The position numbers and the translations under genes are program-made. DNA of 63,789 bases, counting the filler, from Trichosphaerium sp. ATCC 40318 (taxonomy: Eukaryota > Protista > Tubulinea): NCBI GenBank assembly GCA_038496445.1. It is 3 parts of 3 records of this genome, joined end to end, with 100 filler letters (N's around TTAATTAATTAA, not from the genome) between each part and the next. Parts side by side here need not be neighbours in the genome. Positions count along the whole stretch, not along the records: positions 49,126 to 63,789 come from JALMLS010000014.1; 2 more parts are not named here. One strand, written 5' to 3'. Below, in pieces: positions 63,049-63,789 of this stretch (position 1 is the stretch's first letter; the number at the start of each line of letters is the position of its first letter). The notes below the pieces were generated by a model. That model searched no databases and had not been told where the DNA came from. It saw only the letters and a list, made by a program, of their open reading frames with translations.

Positions 63049-63789
63049 TTAGTCTTCCAAGATAACTGGAGCATCACGTGTAGAATCTATTGGTTCACCG
63101 TTGATTGCTATAGTATCACTATTATTATTTACGTCATTATCCGCATTAAAACTTGTATCACCACCATCAGCACTTGTTTTCTTGCCAAACATTTTTTTGA
63201 GTTTAAGCCATAGTGCTACTTCTTTTTTCTTTGAAGTTACATTAACAATCAAGAACCCTGAAATAACTAACACAGACCCCTATATCAGCATTAGAGATAG
63301 TCTTACAATGTACGTTAAAAAGAATTACCAGAACGTATATCCAAGAGTATGCCTTGCCTTTCCAGAAATGCTCTGTTAAAAGAGCAAGTGGAACCGAACA
63401 AGAAAGGCCGAATGTTGCAATCAGTGGTGATGTCAGTAGAATGGCCAGTGACCATAAAAGATCTGATATAACTGTACCAATAAACCCATTCAGGAGTAAA
63501 TATCTAAAGACAGCAGGCTTTGGCCATTCAAACTTGAACAAAGTTAAAAATCTAATAAAACGATTGCAAAAAAAAAGTAATTACTTACAGTTTCACCATA
63601 CGGTTCTGGTATGTAGTTTAGTATGATCAATAAAGGCCATAGTAATAATGCTATCCAAGCACCAACATATCCTATAGAGTATGTTAACATTCAAGCTAAG
63701 TGAACAAAAGAGATAGGTACCAAAGAAAAGTGGCATGTTCGCTTTTTTCTCATTTTTGATTTTCTTCTTCAGAAAAACAGTGTAAGCGC
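63049..63789 (-). CDS. SLC35F5/YML018C-like EamA (DMT) transporter, 3' part
   Basis: MPLFF-GYVGAW, LNGFIGTVISDLLWSLAILLTSPLIATFGLSCSVPLALL, GSVLVISGFLIVN. Confidence 0.88.

Overview
AT-rich, intron-rich eukaryotic DNA (most introns ~40-60 nt), most likely from a free-living amoeboid protist (inference from gene content and the 5S rRNA). It is three contigs (1-30083, 30184-49025, 49126-63789) joined by artificial N..TTAATTAATTAA..N linkers, so adjacency across the linkers means nothing. Contig 1 has a large near-perfect inverted duplication at each end (1-4675/5358-10031 and 18365-23844/24600-30083), which look like amplification fold-back chimeras. Its genes are a cAR/GPR157-like GPCR, a Zucchini/PLD6-type nuclease with an adjacent Zn-ribbon ORF, F-box proteins, a glycosyltransferase apparently fused to a mucin-like GPI tail, RDM1, a trunkless alpha-adaptin ear protein and a 5xSH3-PH scaffold whose intron hosts a 5S rRNA gene. 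Contig 2 has a non-LTR retrotransposon (RRM ORF1; APE+RT ORF2) inserted antisense into an LRR gene and itself interrupted by a 1038-bp TIR element. It also has F-box-LRR paralogues, an aldo/keto reductase, a LIM protein and a peroxisomal epoxide hydrolase. Contig 3 has a PRM1-like protein, a MORN-variant repeat protein, a PPTTL mucin, a PsuG-PsuK fusion and a partial SLC35F5-like transporter. The best candidate for a new system is the retrotransposon: its ORF1 appears to contain a retained 53-nt spliceosomal intron. The spliced form gives a complete ORF1p, while the unspliced form ends in an ATGA overlap with the ORF2 start. Exon structures were reconstructed by eye and no database searches were run.
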